Shown here piece by piece: positions 32,676-41,838 of a DNA stretch of 62,159 bases (its first letter is position 1; each line of letters starts with the position of its first letter). The translations under genes were made by a program, and so were the position numbers. Source of the stretch: Microbacterium sp. (GTDB lineage Bacteria; Actinomycetota; Actinomycetes; Actinomycetales; Microbacteriaceae); assembly GCA_047606715.1 (NCBI GenBank), contig JASGEE010000060.1, positions 1-62,159 of the forward strand, written 5' to 3'. The notes below the pieces were generated by a model. The model was not told where the DNA came from. It did not search any database and worked only from the letters and a program-made list of their open reading frames with translations.

Positions 32676-34037
32676 CTACACGGGCCCGGACAGCACGGCG
32701 ACGGCCTCGACGTGGTGGGAGTGCGGAAACAGGTCGAGGGCCTGAATCAGCCGCGGCTCGTAGCCGCGCGCGCGGAAGGTGCCGAGGTCGCGGGCGAGGG
32801 CGACGGGGTCGCACGCGACGTAGACGACGGATGCCGGTGCCAGTGCCGCGACGTGCTCCACGACGTCTCGCCCGGCCCCGGCGCGGGGAGGATCGAGCAG
32901 GACGACGCCGCGCTCGAGCCGCGCACGCTCGGCCGCACCGGAGTGCGCGCGCAGCCGCGCGAGGTAGCGGTCGACGCGGTCGGTCTCGGCGCGGGCGCCG
33001 ATCCACTCCGACAGGTTGTGGCCGGCGTGCTCGGTGGCGCGAGGGTCGGACTCGACGGTCGTGATGCGCGTCGCCGGCCCGCCCGCCTCGGCGATGGCTG
33101 CGGCGAACAGGCCGACGCCGCCGTACAGGTCGAGGTGCTGCGCGTCGGGGTCGACGCAGCCTGCGAGGTGCGATCGCACGAGGCTCGACAGGGAGTGCGC
33201 GGCGAGGGTGTGCACCTGCCAGAAGCCGCCGGCATCCACCCGGAACTCACGGTCGCCGACGCGTTCGACGACGACCTCGCGAGCGGGGTCGTGTGCCTCT
33301 CTCGCACTCGCCCGCTCCGGCCGGGCGCCGCCGCGATGAGGGCTGTGGCGGCTCCGGGCCGACTGCCGGCGGCGGTCTGACGGACGCGGGATCACCCGCA
33401 CGGTGCCGTCGGCGGGCTGGACGAGGTCGATGCGCCCCAGGGCCGCCTGCCGCGCGTCGTCGCGCAGGTGCGCGGCGGTGCGCTCGATCTGATCGGTGGC
33501 GAGCGGCAGGTCGCCCGTCTCGATGACGTCGCGGCTGCGCGCGGCGAACGGCCCGATGCGACCCTGGGCGTCGACGTGCAGGCTCACGCGCGTGCGCCAG
33601 CGGGTGGCATCCGCCGTCTCGGCGACGACGACCTCTCCGGTGCGCGAGCGCACCGGCAGCGCGCCCTGGATCGTCGCGGCGGGGTGGGCCATCCCCCCGA
33701 AGCGCTCCAACGCCTCGGTGAGCACGCGCTGCTTCAGCTCGCGCTGGTGGCCCAGGGCGATGTGACCGAACTCGGCGCCGCCGGGGCGGCGCTCCGGCGC
33801 GACGGCGACATCGGCTGCGGCCCAGACGTGCCGTCGCCGATGCGGCGAGGCATCGAGCACCTCGACGACGTCGGCGCGCCAGAACGACGACTTGGCGGTG
33901 TCGGTCAACCGCGCGCGCACCCGCTCGCCGTCGATCGCATCGGCGACGAAGACCACACGGCCCTCGTGCCGCGCGACGAAGACCCCACCGTGGGCGACGT
34001 CTGCGATGTCGAGGTCGAGCAGGTCTCCCGGTTGCAC
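32676..34037 (-). CDS. TRAM-domain 23S rRNA (uracil-5)-methyltransferase, RlmD/TrmA family
   Basis: VAHGGVFVAR, GFWQVH, LDLYGGVGLF, LDPPRAG, YVACDP, DLFPHSHHVE. Confidence 0.9.
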   Translation of the reverse strand: MQPGDLLDLDIADVAHGGVFVARHEGRVVFVADAIDGERVRARLTDTAKSSFWRADVVEVLDASPHRRRHVWAAADVAVAPERRPGGAEFGHIALGHQRELKQRVLTEALERFGGMAHPAATIQGALPVRSRTGEVVVAETADATRWRTRVSLHVDAQGRIGPFAARSRDVIETGDLPLATDQIERTAAHLRDDARQAALGRIDLVQPADGTVRVIPRPSDRRRQSARSRHSPHRGGARPERASAREAHDPAREVVVERVGDREFRVDAGGFWQVHTLAAHSLSSLVRSHLAGCVDPDAQHLDLYGGVGLFAAAIAEAGGPATRITTVESDPRATEHAGHNLSEWIGARAETDRVDRYLARLRAHSGAAERARLERGVVLLDPPRAGAGRDVVEHVAALAPASVVYVACDPVALARDLGTFRARGYEPRLIQALDLFPHSHHVEAVAVLSGPV

Positions 34038-34205
34038 CCTCCGATGCTTTCACACCCCGCCCGACCGTGCTGCGCCGGCATCCGTCCCACCCAGCGCCAG
34101 CCGGCGTCCAGAGGTCTCACGATCGGCCGTCGTCCGCGCCCATATGGGCGGATGCCGCCATGTCTGCGAGGCCGGGGTGCGATGCGTCCGCCGTAGGCTG
34201 GCGGG

Positions 34206-34874
34206 ATGCGCGTATGCCTGGCCTCGACCTCCCCCGCCCGACGGATGCTGCTGCGCCAGGCCGGGATAGAACCGCTGCTGCGCGCACCCCGGGTCGACGA
34301 AGATGCCGTGATCACGGCGGTCGAGGCGCACGAGCAGCGCCCCCTCTCCCCCGATGAGCACGTCCTGCTGCTGGCCCGCCGCAAAGCCGCCGATGTCGCG
34401 GCCTCCCTCGCGGCCGACGACCCCGACTTCGACGGCGTCGTCATCGGCGGCGACTCGATGTTCGAGCTCGACGGGCGCATCCTCGGCAAGCCGCACCACC
34501 CCGACGTCGCCACGGCTCGCTGGCATGAGATGCGCGGACGCACCGGGGTGCTGCACTCCGGACACAGCGTCTTCCGCCTCGTCCCCGGGCAGCCGCCGCG
34601 CGAGGCGCATGCCGCCGCCGAGGCATCCGTCACCTTCGTCACCGACATCTCCGATGCCGAGATCGACGCTTACGTCGCCACCGGCGAGCCGCTGCAGGTG
34701 GCCGGCGCCTTCACCGTCGACAGCCTCGGGGGCGCGTTCATCGAACGCGTCGACGGCGACCCGTCGACCGTCGTGGGCATGTCGCTGTCGACCGTGCGCC
34801 ACCTCTGCCGCGAGCTCGACGTGGCCTGGACCGAGCTGTGGAACCGCCCCGTCGCGCCGTCGAGCGGCGCATAA
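34206..34874 (+). CDS. maf: Maf family nucleotide pyrophosphatase
   Basis: LASTSPARR, VDED, GDS, GKP, EPLQVAGAFT, VVGMS. Confidence 0.93.
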   Translation: MRVCLASTSPARRMLLRQAGIEPLLRAPRVDEDAVITAVEAHEQRPLSPDEHVLLLARRKAADVAASLAADDPDFDGVVIGGDSMFELDGRILGKPHHPDVATARWHEMRGRTGVLHSGHSVFRLVPGQPPREAHAAAEASVTFVTDISDAEIDAYVATGEPLQVAGAFTVDSLGGAFIERVDGDPSTVVGMSLSTVRHLCRELDVAWTELWNRPVAPSSGA

Positions 34875-34942
34875 CTCAGGCTCGTTCGCTCTTCTCGACC
34901 TCTCGGAGCCCCCACACGGCAAATCAGCCTGAGTTATGCGCC
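34866..34942. repeat. REPIN-like inverted-repeat element, family A copy 1
   Basis: Perfect 17-bp IR GGCGCATAACTCAGGCT/AGCCTGAGTTATGCGCC, 43-bp interior; supplies the maf TAA. Confidence 0.9.
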
Positions 34943-35065
34943 CGAGGCGCTCCCGCCGACGCCGACCGCGACACCGCCACGTCGTAGGTTCGCGCCCACG
35001 ATTTCGCGCGGATCTTGTGCGAGTTGTCCAAAGGCGACCCGAACCGGCTCGGTAGGCTGGCATCC

Positions 35066-36862
35066 ATGCCTCTCCCACAGGACGGCGCGTCCGCACGCCC
35101 GCAGCTCACCAAAGTGCTCGTCGCGAACCGTGGAGAGATCGCCGTGCGCATCATCCGCGCCGCCCGCGACAGCGGCAAGGGCTCGGTCGCCGTCTACGCC
35201 GACCAAGACCGCGACGCGATGCACACCCGCCTCGCCGACGAGGCCTACGCCCTCGACGGCGTCACCAGCGCCGACACGTACCTGTCGATCGAGAAGATCC
35301 TCTCCGTCGCCCGCCGCTCCGGCGCCGACGCCGTCCACCCCGGCTACGGCTTCCTCGCCGAGAACGCCGACTTCGCCCGCGCCGTCCTCGCGGCGGGGCT
35401 CGTCTGGATCGGCCCCAGCCCCGAGGCCATCGAAGCCCTCGGCGACAAGGTCACCGCCCGCCACGTCGCCGAGAAGGTCGGGGCCCCCCTCGCACCCGGC
35501 ACCCCCGGCCCGGTCTCCGGCGCCGACGAGGTCATCGCGTTCGCCGAGGAGTACGGGCTGCCGATCGCGATCAAGGCCGCCTACGGCGGCGGCGGGCGGG
35601 GACTGAAGGTCGCGCGCGAGCTCGACGAGGTCGCGGAACTGTTCGAGTCGGCCACGCGCGAGGCGATCACCGCGTTCGGTCGCGGCGAGTGCTTCGTCGA
35701 GAAGTACCTCGACAAGCCGCGGCACGTCGAGACGCAGTGCCTCGCGGATGGCGCCGGCACCGTCGTCGTCGTCTCCACCCGCGACTGCTCGCTGCAGCGC
35801 CGGCATCAGAAGCTCGTCGAAGAGGCGCCCGCGCCGTTCCTGACCGACGAGCAGAACGCCGTCCTGTACTCGTCGTCCAAAGCGATCCTGCGCGAGGTCG
35901 GATACGTGGGGGCCGGCACGTGCGAGTTCCTCATCGGCGCCGACGGCACGATCTCGTTCCTCGAGGTCAACACGCGCCTGCAGGTCGAGCATCCGGTCTC
36001 CGAAGAGGTCACCGGCATCGACCTCGTGCGCGAGCAGTTCCGCATCGCCGAGGGCGGGCTGCTCGACGACGTCGACCCGGTGCCGGTGGGCCACTCGATC
36101 GAGTTCCGCATCAACGGCGAAGATCCGGGCCGCGGGTTCCTCCCCCAGCCCGGCCGCATCCACCAGTTCAAGACCTTCGGCGGGCCGGGCGTGCGCCTGG
36201 ACTCCGGCGTCACCGCCGGCGACAGCGTCTCCGGCGCCTTCGACTCGCTGCTGGGCAAGATCATCGTCACCGGCCAGGACCGCGCCGAGGCGTTGGAGCG
36301 CTCACGCCGCGCCCTGGACGAGTTCGAGGTCGCCGGGATGCCGACGGTGCTGCCGTTTCACCGCAGGGTCGTGCGCGATGCGGCATTCACCGCCGAGGAC
36401 GGCCGCTTCGGCGTGTTCACCCGCTGGATCGAGACCGAGTTCGAAAACGACATCCCACCGTGGGACGGCGAGCTCGAGTCGCCCGCAGAGCCCGACGCCC
36501 GCCACACGGTCGTCGTCGAGGTCGCCGGCAAGCGTCTCGAGGTGAGCCTGCCCGACCACATCGTGGCGCCGTCGACCAAGATCGGTCGGCCCGCCGCCGT
36601 TCCCCCGTCGCGCCGCACGCACGCCCCGACCGTCGTGGCCGGGGCTTCCGGCGACGCCGTGAAGGCGCCGATGCAGGCCACGATCGTGAAGCTCGCCGTC
36701 GAAGAGGGCCAGCACGTCGTCAAGGGTGACCTCGTCGTCGTGCTGGAGGCGATGAAGATGGAACAACCGATCCAGGCCCACAAGGACGGCGTCGTCGGTG
36801 CCGTCAATGCCGAGCCGGGTACGACGGTTTCGGCCGGCCACCTGCTGCTGACGATCTCCTGA
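35066..36862 (+). CDS. accA: Acyl-CoA carboxylase alpha subunit (biotin carboxylase + BCCP)
   Basis: [40 protein letters not shown]; ATG 35066 after TAGGCT-N7. Confidence 0.95.
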   Translation: MPLPQDGASARPQLTKVLVANRGEIAVRIIRAARDSGKGSVAVYADQDRDAMHTRLADEAYALDGVTSADTYLSIEKILSVARRSGADAVHPGYGFLAENADFARAVLAAGLVWIGPSPEAIEALGDKVTARHVAEKVGAPLAPGTPGPVSGADEVIAFAEEYGLPIAIKAAYGGGGRGLKVARELDEVAELFESATREAITAFGRGECFVEKYLDKPRHVETQCLADGAGTVVVVSTRDCSLQRRHQKLVEEAPAPFLTDEQNAVLYSSSKAILREVGYVGAGTCEFLIGADGTISFLEVNTRLQVEHPVSEEVTGIDLVREQFRIAEGGLLDDVDPVPVGHSIEFRINGEDPGRGFLPQPGRIHQFKTFGGPGVRLDSGVTAGDSVSGAFDSLLGKIIVTGQDRAEALERSRRALDEFEVAGMPTVLPFHRRVVRDAAFTAEDGRFGVFTRWIETEFENDIPPWDGELESPAEPDARHTVVVEVAGKRLEVSLPDHIVAPSTKIGRPAAVPPSRRTHAPTVVAGASGDAVKAPMQATIVKLAVEEGQHVVKGDLVVVLEAMKMEQPIQAHKDGVVGAVNAEPGTTVSAGHLLLTIS

Positions 36863-36885
36863 GGGCAGACGATCTCCTGAGGGCA
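36850..36885. repeat. 18-bp tandem duplication across the accA stop codon
   Basis: GACGATCTCCTGAGGGCA x2. Confidence 0.9.
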
Positions 36886-36895
36886 GTCGCACTCG

Positions 36896-36950
36896 CGCAA
36901 AGCACCACGCTCGTGACAAGACACCACCCGCGACGTGGTGTTCTGCGGGC
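36896..36950. repeat. Palindromic REP-like element, family C copy 2
   Basis: CGCAAAGCACCACG...CAAGACACC...CGTGGTGTTCTGCG; right arm revcomp equals left arm of copy 1 over 13 nt. Confidence 0.6.
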
Positions 36951-36986
36951 TATCGACACACGGCGGCGCAGCGAAACCGTCGCGCC

Positions 36987-38438
36987 TCAGCGCGCCGCGT
37001 CGCCGTCGCGGTTGACCTGATGCATCGCACGCGTCGCATCGGTGATCGACCCCGACAGCGACGGGAACACCGCGAACACGCGCGAGACCTGATCGACCGT
37101 CAGCCGCCGCTCCACGGCGATCGCGATCGGATAGATGAGCTCCGACGCGCGCGGGGCGACGATCACGCCGCCGAGCACGGTTCCGCTGCCGCGGTGCGCG
37201 ATGATCTTGACGAAACCGTCTTTGATGCCCATCATCTTCGCGCGCGCGTTCGCGGTCAGCGGCAGCTTGTAGACGTAGCCGGAGACATCCCCGGAGCCGA
37301 GATCCTGCTCTTGCGCGCCGACGGTCGCGATCTCGGGCGCGGTGAAGATGTTCGCGGTGATGCGGCGCCGATCCAGCGGGATCACGATGTCGCCCAGCGC
37401 GTGGAAGACCGCCGTGCGCCCCTGCATCGACGCCACCGAGGCCAACGGCACGAACGTCGTGCAGTCGCCCGCCGCGTAGATGTTGGGCACCGAGGTGCGC
37501 GCGACACGGTTGACCTCGATGTGACCGGATGCCGTCAGCTGCACCCCGGCATCCTCCAGTCCGAGGCCCGCGGTGTTGGGGATCGACCCGACCGCCATCA
37601 GACAGTGGCTGCCCTCGACGGTCCTCCCGTCCGAGAGCGTCACGACGACGCCGTCGCCGACCCGCTCGACCGAATCGGCGCGCGAGGTCGACAGCACCGT
37701 CATGCCTCCCCGCTTGAACACCTTCTCCAGCACCGTGGCGGCATCCTCGTCCTCCCCCGGGAGCACGCGGTCGCGGCTGGAGACGAGCGTCACCTTCGCG
37801 CCGAGGTTCATGTACGCCGAGGCGAACTCGGCGCCCGTGACGCCCGAGCCGACGACGATGAGGTGCTCGGGGAGAGCGGGCATGTCGTACAGCTGCGTCC
37901 ACGTGAGGATGTGCTCGCCGTCGGGCTTCGCGCTGGACAGCTCGCGCGGCGAGGCGCCCACCGCGACGACGAGGGTGTCGGCCTCGACGCGGTCGAAGTC
38001 GGTGCCGCCAGGCCCGGTCGACACGACGATCGCATGCGTGCCGTCGAGGCGGCCGTGGCCCGAGATGATCCGCACCCCCGCCTCGACCAGCTGCGCGCGC
38101 ATGTCGTCGGACTGCTGACGCGCCAGCGACAGCAGCCGCTTGTTGACGGCGGCGAGGTTGATCGCGATCTGCGGCTTGAGGGGCTTGCCCGCGGCATCCT
38201 TCGCGAACAGCTGCACTCCGAGGTCGGATGCCTCGGAGATCGCCACGGCGGCATCCGCCGTGGCGATCAGGCTCTTCGACGGGACGACGTCGGTGATCAC
38301 GGCGGCCCCGCCGACTCCGGCCCGCTCGACGAGGGTCACCTCCGCGCCGAGCTGGGCGGCGGCCAGCGCCGCCTCGTAGCCGCCGGGGCCCCCGCCGAGG
38401 ACGGCGACCGACTGGGTGTTCACGAAGCTCGACGACAT
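36987..38438 (-). CDS. lpdA: NAD(P)H-quinone dehydrogenase (LpdA, flavoprotein disulfide reductase lacking redox Cys pair)
   Basis: GGGPGGYEAA, TDVVPSK in place of CxxxxCxPSK, GSGVTGAE, YAAGDC. Confidence 0.9.
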   Translation of the reverse strand: MSSSFVNTQSVAVLGGGPGGYEAALAAAQLGAEVTLVERAGVGGAAVITDVVPSKSLIATADAAVAISEASDLGVQLFAKDAAGKPLKPQIAINLAAVNKRLLSLARQQSDDMRAQLVEAGVRIISGHGRLDGTHAIVVSTGPGGTDFDRVEADTLVVAVGASPRELSSAKPDGEHILTWTQLYDMPALPEHLIVVGSGVTGAEFASAYMNLGAKVTLVSSRDRVLPGEDEDAATVLEKVFKRGGMTVLSTSRADSVERVGDGVVVTLSDGRTVEGSHCLMAVGSIPNTAGLGLEDAGVQLTASGHIEVNRVARTSVPNIYAAGDCTTFVPLASVASMQGRTAVFHALGDIVIPLDRRRITANIFTAPEIATVGAQEQDLGSGDVSGYVYKLPLTANARAKMMGIKDGFVKIIAHRGSGTVLGGVIVAPRASELIYPIAIAVERRLTVDQVSRVFAVFPSLSGSITDATRAMHQVNRDGDAAR

Positions 38439-38528
38439 GCCGACCATTCTTCCAGTCATCCCCGTCGCGCCGCGCGCGGGTCCTGCGCGGTGTGGAGTTC
38501 CCCCGCGGGGAGTTCCTAGAGTGGAGAC

Positions 38529-39362
38529 ATGCCCGACACGACCAGCAACCCCCTCGACGATCCGACTGCCGACCCGTTCGAGGTCGCCGCCGCAGCGGCC
38601 GCCGACATCGCACGGCTCACCGGCGTCGACCGCCACGACATCGCGCTGACCCTCGGCAGCGGGTGGGGAAAGGCGGCCGAGCTCATCGGCGAGACGACCG
38701 CGACCATCCCGGCGACCGAGGTGACCGGGTTCAGCGCTCCGGCGCTGGCCGGCCATGTCGGGTCGCTGCGCAGTGTCGTGACCCCGCATGGCGCCCGGGT
38801 GCTCGTGATCGGGGCCCGCACGCACTACTACGAGGGCCACGGGGTCAGGCGGGTCGTGCACAGCGTGCGCACCGCCGCCGCGACCGGGGCGAAGACGATG
38901 GTGCTCACCAACGGCGCCGGCGGCATCAAGACCACCTGGACGCCCGGGCAACCCGTGCTCATCAGCGACCACATCAACCTCACCGGCGACTCGCCGCTGG
39001 AGGGCGCGACGTTCATCGACCTCACCGACCTGTACTCGTCGCGGTTGCGCGATCTCGCCCGCACGGTGGATGCGACCCTCGACGAGGGCGTGTACTGCCA
39101 GTTCCGCGGACCGCACTACGAGACGCCCGCCGAAGTGCGCATGGCGAAGGCGATCGGCGGGCACATCGTGGGCATGTCGACGGCCCTCGAGGCGATCGCC
39201 GCACGCCAGGCGGGAATGGAGATCCTCGGCTTCTCGCTCATCACGAATCTGGCCGCCGGCATCCAGACCACCCCCCTCAGCCACACCGAGGTGATCGAGG
39301 CGGGCCAGGCCGCAGAGCCGGTCATCTCGGCGCTGCTGGCGGAAGTGATCGGCCGGCTGTGA
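38529..39362 (+). CDS. punA: Purine-nucleoside phosphorylase
   Basis: LGSGW, GH.G, RTHYYEG, LTNGAGG, GPHYETPAE, VGMST, TNLAAG. Confidence 0.95.
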   Translation: MPDTTSNPLDDPTADPFEVAAAAAADIARLTGVDRHDIALTLGSGWGKAAELIGETTATIPATEVTGFSAPALAGHVGSLRSVVTPHGARVLVIGARTHYYEGHGVRRVVHSVRTAAATGAKTMVLTNGAGGIKTTWTPGQPVLISDHINLTGDSPLEGATFIDLTDLYSSRLRDLARTVDATLDEGVYCQFRGPHYETPAEVRMAKAIGGHIVGMSTALEAIAARQAGMEILGFSLITNLAAGIQTTPLSHTEVIEAGQAAEPVISALLAEVIGRL

Positions 39363-41026
39363 CCGCCGCGGCTCTCGGCGCCGCCCGCGCCTGGCTCGCT
39401 CAGGACCCCGACGAGGTCACGCGCGCCGAGCTGTCCGCGCTGATCGGGCGGGCCGAGGCGGGTGACGCCGATGCCGAGGCCGACCTCGACGACCGGTTCG
39501 GCTCCCGGCTGCAGTTCGGCACGGCGGGGCTGCGCGGGGCGCTGGGGGCCGGCAGCAACCGGATGAACCGGGTGCTGGTCTCGCAGGCCGCGGCGGGGTT
39601 GGCGGCGTACCTTCGCGAGAAGGCGGGGCCGGATGCCGCGCCGCTCGTGGTCATCGGCTACGACGGACGGCGGGGCTCCGACGTGTTCGCGCGCGACTCG
39701 GCCGAGATCTTCGCGGGGGCGGGGCTGCGCGCGGTCCTGCTGCCGCGGCTTCTGCCGACGCCGGTGCTCGCCTTCGCGGTGCGCCATCTCGGCGCCGACG
39801 CCGGCGTCATGGTGACCGCCTCGCACAACCCGCCGAACGACAACGGCTACAAGGTCTACCTCGGCGGGGCCGACGACGGAATGCAGATCGTGCCGCCGGC
39901 GGATGCCGAGATCGCGGTGCACATCGATCGGGTGGCCGCGGCATCCGTCGTCGCCGACCTGCCGCGCGGGAGGTACGACGTCGCGGGGGAAGACGTCGTC
40001 GACGCCTACATGGCCGCGACCGCCGCCGTCGCCCCCGCCCCCGCGGGAGCCGCCGGAACGACCTGGGTGTACACCGCGATGCACGGCGTCGGGTACGAGA
40101 CGCTGCGCTCGATCCTGCTGCGGGCGGGATATGCGCTGCCGGTCGTCGTGGCAGAGCAGATCGCCCCCGACGCACGCTTCCCCACCGTCGCGTTCCCCAA
40201 TCCCGAGGAGCCCGGCGCGATGGACCTCGCGTTTCAGACCGCGCGGGCGGTCGCGGCGCAGTTCATTCTCGCCAACGACCCGGATGCCGATCGCCTGGCC
40301 GTCGCGATCCCGACGGCCGACGGCTCCTGGCGCCGCCTCACCGGCAACGAGATCGGACTGTTGCTGGGATGGCGCGCCGCCCGGCGAGCGCAGGGCGTCC
40401 CGGGTGCCGCGCTCGCGTGCTCGCTCGTGTCCTCCCCCGGGCTGCAGGCGGTCGCCGAGCATTACGGGCTCGGCTTTCACTCCACCCTCACGGGATTCAA
40501 GTGGATCGCGCGCGCACCCGGCCTCGTCTACGGATTCGAGGAGGCTCTGGGCTATCTCGTCAACCCCGAGACCGTGCGCGACAAGGACGGGCTCTCGGCC
40601 GCGATCGCGATGCTCGGCCTGATCGCCGAGGCCCGCGAACGCGGGCAGGACCTCGCCGACCTGCTGGCGCAGTTCCAGGAGGAGTTCGGGTTCTTCAGCT
40701 CGGGTCAGGTATCGCTGCGCGTCGAGGACGTGTCGATCATCGCGCGGATCATGACCGCGCTGCGCGCGTCGCCGCCGGCATCCATCGGCGAGGCCGCCGT
40801 CGAGCGGGTCGACGACCTGCGTACCGGCGTCGACGGCTTTCCGCCGAGCGACGTCCTGCGGCTGTGGCTGGTCGACGGGTCGCGCATCATCGTGCGGCCC
40901 AGCGGCACCGAGCCCAAGCTCAAGGTCTACCTCGACGTGCGCGGCGACACCGCCGCCGATGCCGCCGCGCGCCTGGAGCGCGTCGAGACCGGCGCGCGCG
41001 CGCTGATCGCCGCCGCGCAGGAGTGA
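39359..41026 (+). CDS. Phospho-sugar mutase (PGM/PMM family)
   Basis: FGTAGLRG, TASHNP, DPDADR, GFEEA, RPSGTEPKLK; GTGA overlap with punA. Confidence 0.93.
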   Translation: MTAAALGAARAWLAQDPDEVTRAELSALIGRAEAGDADAEADLDDRFGSRLQFGTAGLRGALGAGSNRMNRVLVSQAAAGLAAYLREKAGPDAAPLVVIGYDGRRGSDVFARDSAEIFAGAGLRAVLLPRLLPTPVLAFAVRHLGADAGVMVTASHNPPNDNGYKVYLGGADDGMQIVPPADAEIAVHIDRVAAASVVADLPRGRYDVAGEDVVDAYMAATAAVAPAPAGAAGTTWVYTAMHGVGYETLRSILLRAGYALPVVVAEQIAPDARFPTVAFPNPEEPGAMDLAFQTARAVAAQFILANDPDADRLAVAIPTADGSWRRLTGNEIGLLLGWRAARRAQGVPGAALACSLVSSPGLQAVAEHYGLGFHSTLTGFKWIARAPGLVYGFEEALGYLVNPETVRDKDGLSAAIAMLGLIAEARERGQDLADLLAQFQEEFGFFSSGQVSLRVEDVSIIARIMTALRASPPASIGEAAVERVDDLRTGVDGFPPSDVLRLWLVDGSRIIVRPSGTEPKLKVYLDVRGDTAADAAARLERVETGARALIAAAQE

Positions 41027-41053
41027 TGACCGCTCGGTCGGTGTCGCGCCCGG

Positions 41054-41128
41054 GCGCATAACTCAGGCTGATTCGCGCTCCCGACCCCTGCGAGGCCCCA
41101 AAACAGCGATTCTGCCTGAGTTATGAGC
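41054..41128. repeat. REPIN-like inverted-repeat element, family A copy 2
   Basis: CATAACTCAGGC/GCCTGAGTTATG perfect 12 bp; 41051-41073 identical to revcomp of 34922-34944. Confidence 0.88.
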
Positions 41129-41147
41129 GGGCCATAGGCTCGGACCC

Positions 41148-41720
41148 ATGCTGCTGACCGACCCCGTGACCCTCGAGAACCCCCACGTGCGGCTCGAGCC
41201 GCTGGATCCGGCGCACGCCGCCGATCTCGACGAAGCCCGAACGGGCCTCGAGTACGCGTGGTACACCTCGGTGCCGACCTCGGCGGCCGATGAGATCGCG
41301 TGGCGTCTGGCCGAACGGGATGCCGGGCGGATGAACCCCTTCGCCGTCGTCGCCTCAGGCCGTGCGGTCGGGATGACGACGTTCTGCAACATCGACCAGC
41401 CCAACCGACACGTCGAGATCGGCTACACGTGGCTCTCACCCCGAGTGCAGCGCACGGCGGTCAACACGGCGGCCAAGCTGCTCCTGCTCGGCCACGCCTT
41501 CGAGCGCTGCGAGGTGATCGCCGTGGAGTTTCGCACGCACTGGCACAACCGCCAGTCGCGCGCGGCGATCGAGCGGCTGGGCGCGAAGCAGGACGGCGTG
41601 CTGCGCAACGCCCGCCTCGGCCCCGACGGGAGCCTGCGCGACACGGTGGTGTACTCGATCCTCCCGCACGAGTGGCCCGCGGTGCGGCTGGGGCTCCAGC
41701 AGCGGCTCGCCCACGGCTGA
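41148..41720 (+). CDS. GNAT family N-acetyltransferase (RimJ/RimL-like)
   Basis: VRLEPL, VEIGYTWL, NTAAKLLLL, N.QSRAAIERLGAKQDGVLR, RDTVVYSI. Confidence 0.9.
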   Translation: MLLTDPVTLENPHVRLEPLDPAHAADLDEARTGLEYAWYTSVPTSAADEIAWRLAERDAGRMNPFAVVASGRAVGMTTFCNIDQPNRHVEIGYTWLSPRVQRTAVNTAAKLLLLGHAFERCEVIAVEFRTHWHNRQSRAAIERLGAKQDGVLRNARLGPDGSLRDTVVYSILPHEWPAVRLGLQQRLAHG

Positions 41721-41744
41721 GGCGGCCGTTGGCCTGTCCCGCCC

Positions 41745-41820
41745 GCGCATAACTCAGGCAGAACCCGCGGTGGAGGACCTCGGAGCCGCCCTGTCACGCG
41801 GATCTGCCTGAGTTATGCGC
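41745..41820. repeat. REPIN-like inverted-repeat element, family A copy 3
   Basis: Perfect 18-bp IR GCGCATAACTCAGGCAGA/TCTGCCTGAGTTATGCGC. Confidence 0.9.
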
Positions 41821-41838
41821 CCCCATAGACTCGAAAGC

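Noticed and set aside
38494-38516. GGAGTTCCCCCGCGGGGAGTTCC resembling a type I-E CRISPR repeat
   Set aside because: Single copy, no spacers, no cas genes; lies in the lpdA/punA divergent promoter region.
34866-41820. Family A elements as a CRISPR array or classical IS ends
   Set aside because: The repeats are inverted and dispersed rather than tandem; no transposase or clear target-site duplication was seen.
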